A stretch of 64,000 bases of DNA from Minisyncoccia bacterium (GCA_965656375.1 CBFHKH010000001.1:644291-708290); one strand, 5' to 3'. Positions 18,590-28,942 are shown, counted from the first letter of the stretch. Made by a program: numbers and translations. The notes: generated by a model from the letters alone, not told the origin.

Positions 18590-19927
18590 ATGCCTAGAAA
18601 AACAAAAATTATCTTCATAATCGTGTTTGCAGTCATCGGGATGGGAACGTTGAGTGCATATTTCTACATTAATCGTGCAAAAACAACCGGATCAACTGAT
18701 GGTGCTTCATCTGGCTACAAACCGTTCTTTGGTAGTAGTAATACACCCGATACAGAAACAACATCACAAGATCAAACAGGAAACACCGATACCAATGTAA
18801 ATACAGAATCAGCCGAAACCATAAATGCGACACCATCAGGTTCTTCTCGATTCAGTCAGATTGCTAATTTCGCAGTTGCAGGAGCGGTATTTTTCGAAGA
18901 TACCCGACCAATACCCGAAGATGAAGTAGCCCTACCGGGAGGTGAAGAGCCAGCTAAAGAACCTTCTCCAGTGAAAGCTAAAACAAAGACAGCTCCTGTG
19001 AAACCACAAGCACCTAAATTTGAAATAGTACCGAGTCTTCGGTATGTAGAGCGCGCTACAGGGCATATACATCAGATGTATCTGGACACAAAAGTAACTG
19101 GACAAGTCTCTAATGGAACAATACCAACAGTATATGAAGCTCTCTTTGATGGTAAAGCAAACTCGCTTTTGTATCGCTATATCGGAGATGATGGACGGAG
19201 TATTACAAGTTTCTTAGCAACACTCGGAAGTGCAAATGGTGAATTTTTGCCGGCAGATATCCTCGATGTAAGCGTTTCTCCCGATAAAAGCAAATTCTTT
19301 TATTTGACAAAGACTGCTCAAGGGGTAGTCGGCACAACTCGGTCATTTAGAGATACGAAAAAAACCCAAATATTTAGCTCTTCTCTTACAGAACTTCTTT
19401 CAGAGTGGGTAACCGACCAGAAGGTATTTTTAACGACAAAAGCTGATTCCTCGGTAAACGGAAGTGTATTTAGTCTAAATACTGGGACTGGAGTCCTTAC
19501 AAAGATCCTAGGAGGGGTAAAGGGGCTTACAACCCTTGCAAACAACGATGGGTCATTCGTCCTTTACAGTGTCTCAACAAATAGTGGTCCGAGGTTAGGT
19601 ATTTTTGATGTTAAAAATCATACCTCAAAAGACCTCAATATAAATGGGCTTCCAGAAAAATGTATTTGGAAGGATACTTTTATTTATTGCGCTATTCCTA
19701 ACAATGCTACAGGTACCGGATATCCAGAACTATGGTACCGAGGACAAGTATCATTTACTGATCATTTTGTTAAGATAAATACAACAACATATGAAAGCAC
19801 TACGTTGGCGGATTCAGCATACGAGATACCTATCGATGGTACTCATCTTTTCTTGGATGATACAGATACGACTCTCTTCTTCATAAACAAGAAAGACTCC
19901 ACTCTTTGGAGTCTTAACCTAAAGTAA
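18590..19927 (+). CDS. membrane-anchored hypothetical protein, probable beta-propeller-like extracytoplasmic domain
   Basis: N-terminal TM IIFIIVFAVIGMGTLSAYFYI. Last gene of the cluster, convergent with jag. Confidence 0.4.
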   Translation: MPRKTKIIFIIVFAVIGMGTLSAYFYINRAKTTGSTDGASSGYKPFFGSSNTPDTETTSQDQTGNTDTNVNTESAETINATPSGSSRFSQIANFAVAGAVFFEDTRPIPEDEVALPGGEEPAKEPSPVKAKTKTAPVKPQAPKFEIVPSLRYVERATGHIHQMYLDTKVTGQVSNGTIPTVYEALFDGKANSLLYRYIGDDGRSITSFLATLGSANGEFLPADILDVSVSPDKSKFFYLTKTAQGVVGTTRSFRDTKKTQIFSSSLTELLSEWVTDQKVFLTTKADSSVNGSVFSLNTGTGVLTKILGGVKGLTTLANNDGSFVLYSVSTNSGPRLGIFDVKNHTSKDLNINGLPEKCIWKDTFIYCAIPNNATGTGYPELWYRGQVSFTDHFVKINTTTYESTTLADSAYEIPIDGTHLFLDDTDTTLFFINKKDSTLWSLNLK

Positions 19928-19945
19928 TTGCAACTTAGTTAGGAG

Positions 19946-20404
19946 TTATTCAGCGATATATTTTATAACTACCCGTCGATTTGGACCGGATCCTTCAGAT
20001 TCAGTTTTAATATCTTTTGCTCCTTCAAGGAACATATGAACAATACGACGCTCATATGCAGGCATTGGGTCTATTTCAATGCTTGATTTAAAGTATCGTG
20101 CTCGCTCAGCCATCATATGTGCAATGGTTTTTAGATTATCAAAACGCTTTTTCTGGTATTCGTTCACATCAATAAAAAGCTTTGCTGATTGCTCCTCGCC
20201 AACTGTTTTCTCAACCATCTTTCTAACAAGATGATTGAGTGAGCGAAGTGTCTCGCCATCGCGACCGATCATAAATCGTGAGTCTGGAGTACTAATCATG
20301 CACCAGAGCATACCGTTTTCATCCGAGAATTCACATGTTGAAATAGTACACCCGGTTTGTGTAAATATTTCTTCTATGATCTTTTTAACAATATCTTTAT
20401 CCAT
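19946..20404 (-). CDS. jag: Jag/KhpB RNA-binding protein (KH + R3H)
   Basis: R3H-like PMPAYERRIVHMFL...GSGPNRRVVIKY, located directly downstream of yidC. Confidence 0.75.
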   Translation of the reverse strand: MDKDIVKKIIEEIFTQTGCTISTCEFSDENGMLWCMISTPDSRFMIGRDGETLRSLNHLVRKMVEKTVGEEQSAKLFIDVNEYQKKRFDNLKTIAHMMAERARYFKSSIEIDPMPAYERRIVHMFLEGAKDIKTESEGSGPNRRVVIKYIAE

Positions 20405-20407
20405 ATA

Positions 20408-21166
20408 TTATATGACTATTTTAGCAAGTGAGCGTCTGACATACCATTCTTGAATTATCGTGAATATATTACTTGTAATCCAATAGAGTGCAACTGCAGC
20501 CGATATTTGATACGCAATGAATGCAATAAAGACAGGAAGAATATATCGAACATTCATTTGCATACTATCTGAAAGCTGCTCTTGGAATGTTTTCGGTTCA
20601 GGTGTTTCCATTTCTTTTACTACTTCAACTTTTGGCTTTATTGGGGTTGCAAGATAGCCTTGGATAAATTGTGTTATTCCAGCAACAATAGCAAGAATAA
20701 TACTTTTGCCATGAACATCGAATACTCCGAGGAAATTTGTATGAACAGTAAGTGGCATCTTTACAAAAGAGTATAGTGGACCTGCATCAAGAGAAAGGCC
20801 TTTGTAAAACACGTAATAGAGAGCAAAGATGACTGGAAGTTGCAACAGTACTACCAGACAGCCAGAGAATGGATTAACACCGTATTTTTTATATAATTCA
20901 AAGGTTTTCTTTGCTTGCTCTTCTTTATTTGGAAATTCTTTCTTGACCCGTTTTAGTTCAGGTTCAATCTTTTTCATAAGAATTTGACTCTTGATTGATT
21001 TCTTTGTAAGCGGGAAGAGGATGAACTTGACGATAATCGTAAGTATGATAATAGCAAACCCGACATCACCCCAGGTAATGTGGTGTACTATAAAAATAAG
21101 GGCATTATAGATTGGTTGGTAAAAAAGAGTATTCCATAGTGTGTGCATTGGTCTATTGTAGCTCAA
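20408..21166 (-). CDS. yidC: membrane protein insertase YidC (short, Gram-positive/Oxa1-like form)
   Basis: Multi-TM protein with the conserved IILTIIVKFILFPLTKKS helix-1 region, inside the rnpA-yidD-yidC-jag synteny. Confidence 0.8.
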   Translation of the reverse strand: MSYNRPMHTLWNTLFYQPIYNALIFIVHHITWGDVGFAIIILTIIVKFILFPLTKKSIKSQILMKKIEPELKRVKKEFPNKEEQAKKTFELYKKYGVNPFSGCLVVLLQLPVIFALYYVFYKGLSLDAGPLYSFVKMPLTVHTNFLGVFDVHGKSIILAIVAGITQFIQGYLATPIKPKVEVVKEMETPEPKTFQEQLSDSMQMNVRYILPVFIAFIAYQISAAVALYWITSNIFTIIQEWYVRRSLAKIVI

Positions 21167-21190
21167 AAATGCCCGTAATCAAAGAGGCGC

Positions 21191-21397
21191 TTATGTGAGG
21201 GGATCGTACCGATTTTTCTGCCATGGGTGGCATCGAGAGATCCGTCTTAGCCCGTAATAGACTCCCGTAAGAAGACCATATTTATTAATCGCTTCTTTTG
21301 TATATTCTGAACAAGTAGGTAAGAATACACATGATGCGTGAGACCTAAGTGGGGTTTTCTGATAGAGGAATATAAGCCAAAGAACAAACTTTTTCAT
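21191..21397 (-). CDS. yidD: membrane protein insertion efficiency factor YidD
   Basis: LIFLYQKTPLRSHASCVFLPTCSEYTKEAINKYGLLTGVYYGLRRISRCHPW. Start taken at the internal Met MKKFVLW; the track ORF extends to 21424, overlapping rnpA. Confidence 0.8.
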   Translation of the reverse strand: MKKFVLWLIFLYQKTPLRSHASCVFLPTCSEYTKEAINKYGLLTGVYYGLRRISRCHPWQKNRYDPLT

Positions 21398-21401
21398 AGA
21401 G

Positions 21402-21722
21402 TTATAGTATTCGAGCTTTCGCAAGAATGTATGCGATATCTTTTTTCATGTCCTCTCTGTGGGCATTTTTCCCTTCTTTTTTGTAAAAAAATATACCGGC
21501 AGCAGTTTTAATAGGGAACGAACGGAGGATTGCATACCCACGCCTTCTGAGTAAATTCCTCTCTACCGCCTTTTTAGCAAGGTTTTTAGGGACTACGAAA
21601 GCATAGTGAGGGGTGGTATGATTGTCGTATCGAAAAATAAAAAACGAGCCAGAGATACTTTTCCCGTGCTTGAGTAAGCTCTGGAATAGCTCTTTGGTAA
21701 CCCGCTTTTTCTTTGGAACCAT
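21402..21722 (-). CDS. rnpA: ribonuclease P protein component
   Basis: Basic ~106-aa protein with AVERNLLRRR; position between rpmH and yidD. Confidence 0.8.
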   Translation of the reverse strand: MVPKKKRVTKELFQSLLKHGKSISGSFFIFRYDNHTTPHYAFVVPKNLAKKAVERNLLRRRGYAILRSFPIKTAAGIFFYKKEGKNAHREDMKKDIAYILAKARIL

Positions 21723-21728
21723 AGGAAT

Positions 21729-21869
21729 CTATTTTTTTATAGAGACTTTTGCCCGACCCTTTTGACGTCTACGAGCAGTAACCTTTCTACCTCCTGGAGT
21801 TTTCGCTCGCACGAGGAATCCGTGAGATTTTGCTCTTTTACGTGTGTTTGGCTGATATGTTTGAGACAT
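21729..21869 (-). CDS. rpmH: 50S ribosomal protein L34
   Basis: Hand-translated minus-strand ORF below the 60-aa track cutoff: [46 protein letters not shown] (46 aa), the classic L34 sequence. Confidence 0.85.
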   Translation of the reverse strand: MSQTYQPNTRKRAKSHGFLVRAKTPGGRKVTARRRQKGRAKVSIKK

Positions 21870-21990
21870 ATGCAAAATATATACTAAAATAGGGTTTAAT
21901 GCAATATTCCTAATATTGAAAAACTATCCACACGTTGTTAACAGGTTAATCCAGGTCTCTTTAGTATCAGCAATGTAAGAATAGAGTATA
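21870..21990. promoter_or_regulatory. rpmH-dnaA divergent intergenic region with DnaA-box-like site (CTATCCACA) and leaderless dnaA promoter (TATAAT abutting ATG)
   Basis: aactATCCACAcg matches the TTATCCACA consensus at 8/9 positions. gagTATAATgtcc sits immediately before the dnaA ATG at 21991. Confidence 0.5.
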
Positions 21991-23352
21991 ATGTCCACTA
22001 TGAACACAAACGAGCTCTGGAATAACTGTCTTTCAGAAATTGAATCAGGAATATCAAAAGCCAATTTTACTACATGGTTTAAAAATACATCAATAGTAAA
22101 AGAGGATAATGGTACTGTCTATATCGGTGTCCCAAATGAATTTGTAAAAGATTGGCTCTATAATAAATTTCACAAGCTTATACTCAAAACAATAATTACT
22201 CACGAAGAGAGTATCCGAGGAATCGAATATATAATCTCTAAGCACGAGCACACAGCACAACGACAGAACGAAGAAAAGAATATGCCTCTTGTACAAGTAA
22301 ACAAAGAGCTTCCGCTTAATGATCTCTATATAAATAAAGACGATAATCTAAACCCTAAGTATAATTTTAATTCTTTTGTTGTAGGGCCATTCAACGAACT
22401 TGCCTACGCTGTCGCTCAAGCGATTATAACTAACCCTGGTCAGAACTATAATCCATTTTTTATTTATGGGGGTACTGGCCTTGGAAAAACTCATATTATT
22501 CAAGCGATTGGCAATACAATTAAAACTAAACATCCATCAAAAAAGATCTATTATGTGAGTCTTGAACGATTCGCGATTGATTACATAAATTCGATACAAA
22601 ACAAGAATCCTAACTCTTTCAAAGAAAAATATCGAAAATACGACGTGATTATTATGGATGACATCCAATTCATCTCAGGCAAAGATAAGACCCAGGAAGA
22701 ACTTTTCCATCTTTTCAATACACTCTATGAGAGTAATAAGCAAATAGTGTTTTCTTCAGATAAGCATCCGAATTTTATCCCTGGTCTTGAAGATAGACTT
22801 AAATCTCGTTTCGCCTCTGGAATGATCGTGCAAATCGTAGAGCCTGATTATGAATCTCGAGTCGCTATTATAAAAGCAAAGTTCGAAACAACAAACTCTA
22901 TTGTAGATAAAGATGTGATAGCATATCTCGCTGAATCACTCGAAGGTAATATTCGAGAGCTCGAAGGAAGCTTAAATACTGTTATCGTCCAATCTCAATT
23001 AAAAGGTAAAACTCTTTCAGTCGCTGAGGTTAAAACTCTTATAAAAAATAACATAAAACCCAAAAAGACTGTTGCAATTAAGGATATTGTTCGTATTATC
23101 GCACTCCAATATGGAATCTCAGAAGATGTTATTTACGAGAAAACACGCAGAAGAGAGATTGTCCGAGCTCGCCAAGTAGCTATGTATATCTTGCGTGAAG
23201 ATTTCAATATCTCATATCCACTCATAGGACAGAAAATGGGTGGACGGGATCACACAACCGTCATACACTCTCATCTAAAAATACGAGATGACCTTAAAAC
23301 AGATCCGTCATTACTCCAAGAAATAGAAAAAATTAGAATTATGTTTAAATAG
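21991..23352 (+). CDS. dnaA: chromosomal replication initiator protein DnaA
   Basis: AAA+ Walker A GGTGLGKTHIIQAIGN, the FNSFVVGPFNELAYA box and a C-terminal DNA-binding domain (VAMYILRE...IGQKMGGRDHTTVIH). Confidence 0.92.
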   Translation: MSTMNTNELWNNCLSEIESGISKANFTTWFKNTSIVKEDNGTVYIGVPNEFVKDWLYNKFHKLILKTIITHEESIRGIEYIISKHEHTAQRQNEEKNMPLVQVNKELPLNDLYINKDDNLNPKYNFNSFVVGPFNELAYAVAQAIITNPGQNYNPFFIYGGTGLGKTHIIQAIGNTIKTKHPSKKIYYVSLERFAIDYINSIQNKNPNSFKEKYRKYDVIIMDDIQFISGKDKTQEELFHLFNTLYESNKQIVFSSDKHPNFIPGLEDRLKSRFASGMIVQIVEPDYESRVAIIKAKFETTNSIVDKDVIAYLAESLEGNIRELEGSLNTVIVQSQLKGKTLSVAEVKTLIKNNIKPKKTVAIKDIVRIIALQYGISEDVIYEKTRRREIVRARQVAMYILREDFNISYPLIGQKMGGRDHTTVIHSHLKIRDDLKTDPSLLQEIEKIRIMFK

Positions 23353-23558
23353 TGTGGAAAAGGTATGTATAAAAAAGTGGAGAAATGTGGAAAATATAGA
23401 ACAGTGTATAAAAATTAAAAATTATGCACAGAAGTTGTTTTTATAAGAAAATAAAATTAATAAAAATATATTTATAAAACAATGACTAGATCACAATCCA
23501 CATATTCACATCACTAATAGTAATAGTAATGTATTAATAGATAATTAGTAACATATAT
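23353..23558. promoter_or_regulatory. putative oriC (dnaA-dnaN intergenic, AT-rich, multiple DnaA-box-like 9-mers)
   Basis: TGTGGAAAA occurs twice and AATCCACAT once; each matches the TTATCCACA consensus at 7/9 positions. A very AT-rich tract (ataaaattaataaaaatatatttataaaa) could be a DNA-unwinding element. Confidence 0.55.
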
Positions 23559-24656
23559 ATGAAACTCGAATGCGGAATAGAAAAAATAAAAAAAGCACTC
23601 ACAACAGTAGAACGCATTACTGGTAAAAATCTAACACTCCCTGTACTCAGTTCGATACTTTGGATTGCATCGGGAAAAACACTAAAACTTCGAGCTACTA
23701 ATCTTAATATTGGTATTGAGATTGATATTCCTGCAAAGATAGAAAAAGAAGGCACTATTGCAATTCGAGGTGATATACTTTCTTCTTTATTTTCAGTTCT
23801 AGAAGGAGGTTCAACTGTTTATTTTGAATCAGTAAACGGAAATATGGTTGTTAAGACAAAAACAAACACTATTTTACTTAAAAGCATTCCACATGAAGAT
23901 TTCCCTACAATTCCGATTGTTGAAGGTGATACATTTACTCTTTCTTCAAAAAAACTCATCGAAGGTATTAAATCCGTTTACTACAGTGCGTCTGTATCAG
24001 AGGTAAAACCAGAGATTGGAAGTATCTATATCTATCCAGAAGATGATATGCTTGTATTTGTTGCAACAGACTCTTTCCGACTTGCAGAAAAGAAGGTAAA
24101 GATAAAACAAAAACTATCATTTAACGGGATATTAATACCATTTAAAAATACTACAGAGATTTTAAAAGTATTTGATAGTATTGATGACGATATTAAAATC
24201 TGCCTACAAAAGAATCAAATATCTTTTTCAAGTGAAAATATATATCTCACATCGCGGGTAATAGATGGAACATTCCCTGACTATAAACAAATCATACCCA
24301 AGAATTCAACTACACAGGCAGTGGTTTTGAAACAAGACTTTATCGCATCTCTGAAAATTTCAAATATTTTTTCTGATAAATTAAATCAAATAACTATCGA
24401 TATACACCCAAAAGAAAAAGTCTTTGAATTACAATCTAAAAATACAGATATTGGCGAAAACACTACACATATAAACGGAGCACTTACTGGAGAGGTGGTT
24501 TCCGCAAACTTCAACTATAAATATATTGTTGATTGCTTTTTGTCTATCTCTCTCGATAGTTTAACTCTCGAACTCAATGGAAACAATAAACCTATGATCA
24601 TTCGTGCTGTTGGAGATAATTCATTCATGTATCTTGTGATGCCAATGAATAGATAA
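23559..24656 (+). CDS. dnaN: DNA polymerase III beta subunit (sliding clamp)
   Basis: 365 aa, directly after dnaA. Typical N-terminus MKLECGIEKIKKALTTVERI and three-domain length. Confidence 0.88.
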   Translation: MKLECGIEKIKKALTTVERITGKNLTLPVLSSILWIASGKTLKLRATNLNIGIEIDIPAKIEKEGTIAIRGDILSSLFSVLEGGSTVYFESVNGNMVVKTKTNTILLKSIPHEDFPTIPIVEGDTFTLSSKKLIEGIKSVYYSASVSEVKPEIGSIYIYPEDDMLVFVATDSFRLAEKKVKIKQKLSFNGILIPFKNTTEILKVFDSIDDDIKICLQKNQISFSSENIYLTSRVIDGTFPDYKQIIPKNSTTQAVVLKQDFIASLKISNIFSDKLNQITIDIHPKEKVFELQSKNTDIGENTTHINGALTGEVVSANFNYKYIVDCFLSISLDSLTLELNGNNKPMIIRAVGDNSFMYLVMPMNR

Positions 24657-24657
24657 T

Positions 24658-24921
24658 ATGGATTACAATCATGTAACCTTATTTTTAGAAAAGTTCAAAA
24701 AACTCCTATTCCAAAAAGAGGGGTATACGCGCGTTATTGCGGAGACTATTACAAAGCATATTGGAACACCTATAGATATATCTTCAATTTCTACAAAAGG
24801 TTCTATAATCCATATACAAGGGTCACCAGTACTTCGTAATGAAGTCTTGATACATAAACAAGGTATTCTCTCGGATCTCGAGATGCTGATCTCAGGAGCT
24901 CGATTTACTGATATTCGCTAA
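24658..24921 (+). CDS. DUF721-like small protein (DciA/Zn-ribbon-like family often found beside dnaN)
   Basis: 87 aa; the C-terminal pattern IIHIQGSPVLRNEVLIHKQGILSDLEMLISGARFTDIR resembles the DUF721 consensus. Confidence 0.45.
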   Translation: MDYNHVTLFLEKFKKLLFQKEGYTRVIAETITKHIGTPIDISSISTKGSIIHIQGSPVLRNEVLIHKQGILSDLEMLISGARFTDIR

Positions 24922-27485
24922 GAAGAAAACCCACTACTCACTAAAAACGTCGTAGTATATTCTCCAGTATTGCCTGCTACATCGTAGCCAATAATACGTA
25001 TTGTGTTTTTATCTTTTATTGTATTTACCTCGCTTGGAATGAACGATACTTTAAATGGATATGATTTAAGTGATGTTATATAGGTATCGTTTACGAATAC
25101 ATCGACTTTTCTCATTTGATTTTGACTTATAGGTGTAATTGAAAATGAGACTGCCTCATTTTTTTTATATGCGCCACTATTTAGCCCGGTAGTTGTAAAA
25201 TTGATTCTCGATGTATTTGTGTGAATTCCATCATAAATGTTTGGCTGGTTTGCACTTGTGATTATTTTATATTTTCCACTATTTGCACTCCACCATTTTT
25301 GCACTCCATATTCCCAATTTGAATACTGTGAGTCACTTTCTGGGTTTTCTGGTCGCGGGCCCAAAGGATTATTTTTGTTGATCCAATAGAGGATAGTGTG
25401 CACATTTGTAATAGACTGCTCTGTTCGTGTAGTACTCGGAGTAAGGTCAGTCGCAAGTCCACCCGATACGCGATCAGTGGTGAATGTTTCACCTCCTTGC
25501 CAAAAACCGCGCAGTATAGGAGGAAGCGATGGATCTATAGGATCTGGTTTGTTAAAAGATTCTGCAGGTATATTTTTTAAGGCTTCTGATATAACTCCAT
25601 TCCATATTGGACCGGCAAGAGCGGCACCTCCTTTTTTCATAGGAGTGTTGTCGTTATTACCGACCCATACTCCGACAGCAACCCCGGGAGTATATCCAAT
25701 CGTCCACGCATCCTTGTTGCTGTTTGTGGTACCGGTTTTTACAGCGACCTCTTGCCCAGGAACTACAAGGCTTGAATTTGCTCCAAATGTCGGTGTACGA
25801 GCTGCGTTATCAGAAAGAATATCGGCAAGTACTCGAGTAATATTAGGTTCAAGAACTTTGTACGGTGCTTCCTTGTATTCTTCAAGGATTTCGCCATTAC
25901 TATTTTCTACGGAAAGTATACCTGTGTAAGGATTTCTAACTCCCTCATTAGCAAATACACTATATGCCGATGTCATATCGAGAAGAGTGGTTTCTCCACC
26001 TCCGATAACAAGTGTTAGTCCATATCGTGTTGGATCATTTAGTGTGCTTATACCGAGATCATGAGCCATTTTAATCGAATCAGGTACACCTACAAGGTAT
26101 AAGAGTTTTACTGCTACTACGTTTATAGATTGAGCTAACGCATCTTTCAAATTCATTGGACCACGGAAGCTATTATCATAATTGTCCGGATGATAACAAT
26201 TACTTCCTCCCGTTCCGAGTGGACTACACGAGCTGTTGAATTCAGTTTTTACATCAAAGAGTACCGTATCTTCTGTATATCCTTCCTTAAATGCTTCAGC
26301 ATATACAATAGGCTTGAATGACGACCCTGGCTGGCGCGCAGCGGTAGCTACGTTGAAGTTGCCATCGATCGTTTTATCAAAGTAATCTCGAGATCCAACC
26401 ATAGAAAGTATTTGGCCAGTTTTTGGGTCAATAACTACAACAGCTGCATTTTCTCCATTCCAACTCTTTTCATTTTCTTTCGCATTCTTGAGGGTGATTT
26501 CTTCTGCTTTTTTCTGCAATTCATAATCGATTGTTGTTATGATTTTTAGTCCTCCTAAAGAAATAGCTTCATCACCATATTTCTTCTCGAGATAATCCAT
26601 GATAAAGAATACAAAGTGCGGTGCCGATATATGAGTTGGTTGTTGCGGCATGAATACCACTTGTTCGTTCAATGCATCTACATACTCGGCATTCGTTATA
26701 AATTTCAGATCTACCATTCTCTTGAGTACGAGATTTTTGCGTTCATCAAGCCGAGCCTTATTTTTTCCGTATGGAGAATAGTAAGTAGGATAATTGGGAA
26801 TTGCAGCCAGATATGCTGCTTCAGCCAATGTAAGATCTATAGGTTCTTTTCCAAAGAATGTTTTTGATGCTTCTTCGATTCCATAAATGTTTCCTCCGTA
26901 TGGCGCAGCATTAAGATATAGCGCGAGAATATCATCCTTTTCCATAACACGTTCAAGCTTGATTGCTAGAATCCACTCTTTTATCTTGCGAGAAGGAGTT
27001 CTTTTTGGCGTAAGTAAGGTATTCTTGATCAATTGCTGAGTAATCGTTGATCCGCCGGTAACTCTTTTCCCAGTTAATTTTGCCCAGATTGTTGCACGAA
27101 AAATTGATTTGAGGCGAATACCTTTATGTTGATAGAATTCTGAGTCTTCAATAGCAACAGCAGCATTTCTAATGTTGACCCCCATCGCTTCATAGGGAAT
27201 TATTGTACGTTTTAAGTCTTGATTAGCGTTATAAAGAAGTATTTTTCCTGTTCGGTCGTATATCTTGGTAGAGCTCTGAATTTTTTGTTCTGTGAATGTT
27301 TTGAAATCCGGTAATTTGAGTAAACTCACCCATATTATAAATATACCTATAACAAGTATCCAAAAACTGGCAATTCCAAGAATCCAACTTCGCAGAGAGA
27401 CCTTTTTTAATTTTTTGCCAATAATTTTGGTATATTTGCTGACTGTCCGGTGGAATTTTTTAAAATATTTCTTTGCGATATCCAT
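24918..27485 (-). CDS. mrcA: class A penicillin-binding protein (glycosyltransferase GT51 + transpeptidase), with C-terminal extension
   Basis: N-terminal TM; GT51 motifs EDSEFYQHKGI and GGSTITQQLIKN; transpeptidase SSFKP, SIN and KTGTT motifs. Confidence 0.88.
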   Translation of the reverse strand: MDIAKKYFKKFHRTVSKYTKIIGKKLKKVSLRSWILGIASFWILVIGIFIIWVSLLKLPDFKTFTEQKIQSSTKIYDRTGKILLYNANQDLKRTIIPYEAMGVNIRNAAVAIEDSEFYQHKGIRLKSIFRATIWAKLTGKRVTGGSTITQQLIKNTLLTPKRTPSRKIKEWILAIKLERVMEKDDILALYLNAAPYGGNIYGIEEASKTFFGKEPIDLTLAEAAYLAAIPNYPTYYSPYGKNKARLDERKNLVLKRMVDLKFITNAEYVDALNEQVVFMPQQPTHISAPHFVFFIMDYLEKKYGDEAISLGGLKIITTIDYELQKKAEEITLKNAKENEKSWNGENAAVVVIDPKTGQILSMVGSRDYFDKTIDGNFNVATAARQPGSSFKPIVYAEAFKEGYTEDTVLFDVKTEFNSSCSPLGTGGSNCYHPDNYDNSFRGPMNLKDALAQSINVVAVKLLYLVGVPDSIKMAHDLGISTLNDPTRYGLTLVIGGGETTLLDMTSAYSVFANEGVRNPYTGILSVENSNGEILEEYKEAPYKVLEPNITRVLADILSDNAARTPTFGANSSLVVPGQEVAVKTGTTNSNKDAWTIGYTPGVAVGVWVGNNDNTPMKKGGAALAGPIWNGVISEALKNIPAESFNKPDPIDPSLPPILRGFWQGGETFTTDRVSGGLATDLTPSTTRTEQSITNVHTILYWINKNNPLGPRPENPESDSQYSNWEYGVQKWWSANSGKYKIITSANQPNIYDGIHTNTSRINFTTTGLNSGAYKKNEAVSFSITPISQNQMRKVDVFVNDTYITSLKSYPFKVSFIPSEVNTIKDKNTIRIIGYDVAGNTGEYTTTFLVSSGFSS

Positions 27486-27553
27486 ATAGTACTATCATAT
27501 CATAGTTGGCAATGCCTACGGACAAAGCAAGCTTTTTATGATAGTATGCCTGT

Positions 27554-28942
27554 ATGAGCAAGGTTATAAATACAAATATGATAGATGAGCTTCTTTCGCG
27601 CGGAGTGGGTGAATTTATTGATCCTGATGGTAAATTTCGCACAAATCTTGAGACTAATCCAGAAAAAGTAGTTATAAAATTTGGCGTTGATCCCACACGG
27701 CCTGACCTCCACCTTGGCCATGCAGTAGTGCTTCGCAAACTCAGACAATTTCAAGATCTCGGATGCAAGGTCGTTTTTCTTATTGGAGATTATACCGGGC
27801 AGATCGGTGACCCGACTGGTAAAAATGTTGTCCGACCGGAAGTAGATTTCATGGAAATAGAAAAGAATATGAAGACCTATCTTACCCAAGTCGGTAAAAT
27901 CTTACGAGAAGACCCGGCTGTATTTTCTTGGATACGAAACTCAGATTGGTTTACATCTGTTTCTGATGTTATGCCAGGACCAGATTCGAAAACAACAATA
28001 GAGATACAAGAAGAAGATACGAAAAAAGTCATAGAGATAGCACCAGATTCGTTCCTTGGTAAAGCAATACTCCTTGATAATTCAAGGATGCAGAAGACGC
28101 AATTACAAAACAATCAAATTCAAAGTATCTCACTCTCAGGAGTATTAAGAACGTTACGGCACATAACTCATTCGCGATTGATAGCACGTGATATGTTCAA
28201 AGACCGCTTAAGTAAAGGTGAAGAGCTCTATATGCACGAGATGTTATATCCAGTTCTCCAAGGGCTCGATTCGCATGTTCTCGAAAAAGTTTATAATTCA
28301 TGCGATCTAGAGATTGGCGGTACGGATCAGACATTTAATATGTTGATAGGGCGTGATGTTATGAAGATGTACGGACAAAAAGAACAGTCGGTCATGTCTA
28401 TCAAGATTCTTGAAGGACTTGATGGCAAGGAAAAGATGTCTAAGAGTCTTGATAACTATGTAGGTATCACAGATGAACCATCAGATATGTATGGAAAGAT
28501 TATGTCTATACCCGATTCTTCAATAGTAAATTATTTCGAACTCTGCACGTTTTCTTCTATGAGCGAAGTAGAGAATATTCGAAACGGACTTACAAATAAC
28601 TCTCTTCATCCGAAAGAAGTAAAAATGAGTCTCGCGAAACAGATTGTATCGATTTATCATGGTGAACAAGAAGCAATGAAGGCAGAGGAAAATTTCATCA
28701 ATACATTCCAGAAAAACGAAATCCCTACAGATATAGAAGCTATTTCCGTAGAACCTGACACATTACTTGTTGATGCCTTTCTTTCGACTGGAATTGTTTC
28801 ATCAAAGAGTGATTTCCGTAGATTGGTAGATGAAAATGCTATTACTTATCTTGATACAGATGAGAAAATATCATCTCATACTGCGCTTGCAACTAGCGGA
28901 GTATATAGAATAGGAAAGAAACGATTCTGTAAAATTAAATAA
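27554..28942 (+). CDS. tyrS: tyrosine--tRNA ligase
   Basis: HIGH-region PDLHLGHAVVL, IGDYTGQIGDPTGK, KMSKS, and a C-terminal S4-like domain. Confidence 0.85.
   Translation: MSKVINTNMIDELLSRGVGEFIDPDGKFRTNLETNPEKVVIKFGVDPTRPDLHLGHAVVLRKLRQFQDLGCKVVFLIGDYTGQIGDPTGKNVVRPEVDFMEIEKNMKTYLTQVGKILREDPAVFSWIRNSDWFTSVSDVMPGPDSKTTIEIQEEDTKKVIEIAPDSFLGKAILLDNSRMQKTQLQNNQIQSISLSGVLRTLRHITHSRLIARDMFKDRLSKGEELYMHEMLYPVLQGLDSHVLEKVYNSCDLEIGGTDQTFNMLIGRDVMKMYGQKEQSVMSIKILEGLDGKEKMSKSLDNYVGITDEPSDMYGKIMSIPDSSIVNYFELCTFSSMSEVENIRNGLTNNSLHPKEVKMSLAKQIVSIYHGEQEAMKAEENFINTFQKNEIPTDIEAISVEPDTLLVDAFLSTGIVSSKSDFRRLVDENAITYLDTDEKISSHTALATSGVYRIGKKRFCKIK

Noticed and set aside
23353-23558. Possible CRISPR or tandem repeat in the AT-rich dnaA-dnaN spacer
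   Set aside because: No regularly spaced direct repeats. The pattern is better explained by DnaA boxes and an AT-rich unwinding element.
25396-25929. 177-aa ORF antisense to the PBP gene
   Set aside because: Antisense to a strongly supported transpeptidase domain; a Pro/Ser/Arg-rich composition typical of shadow ORFs.
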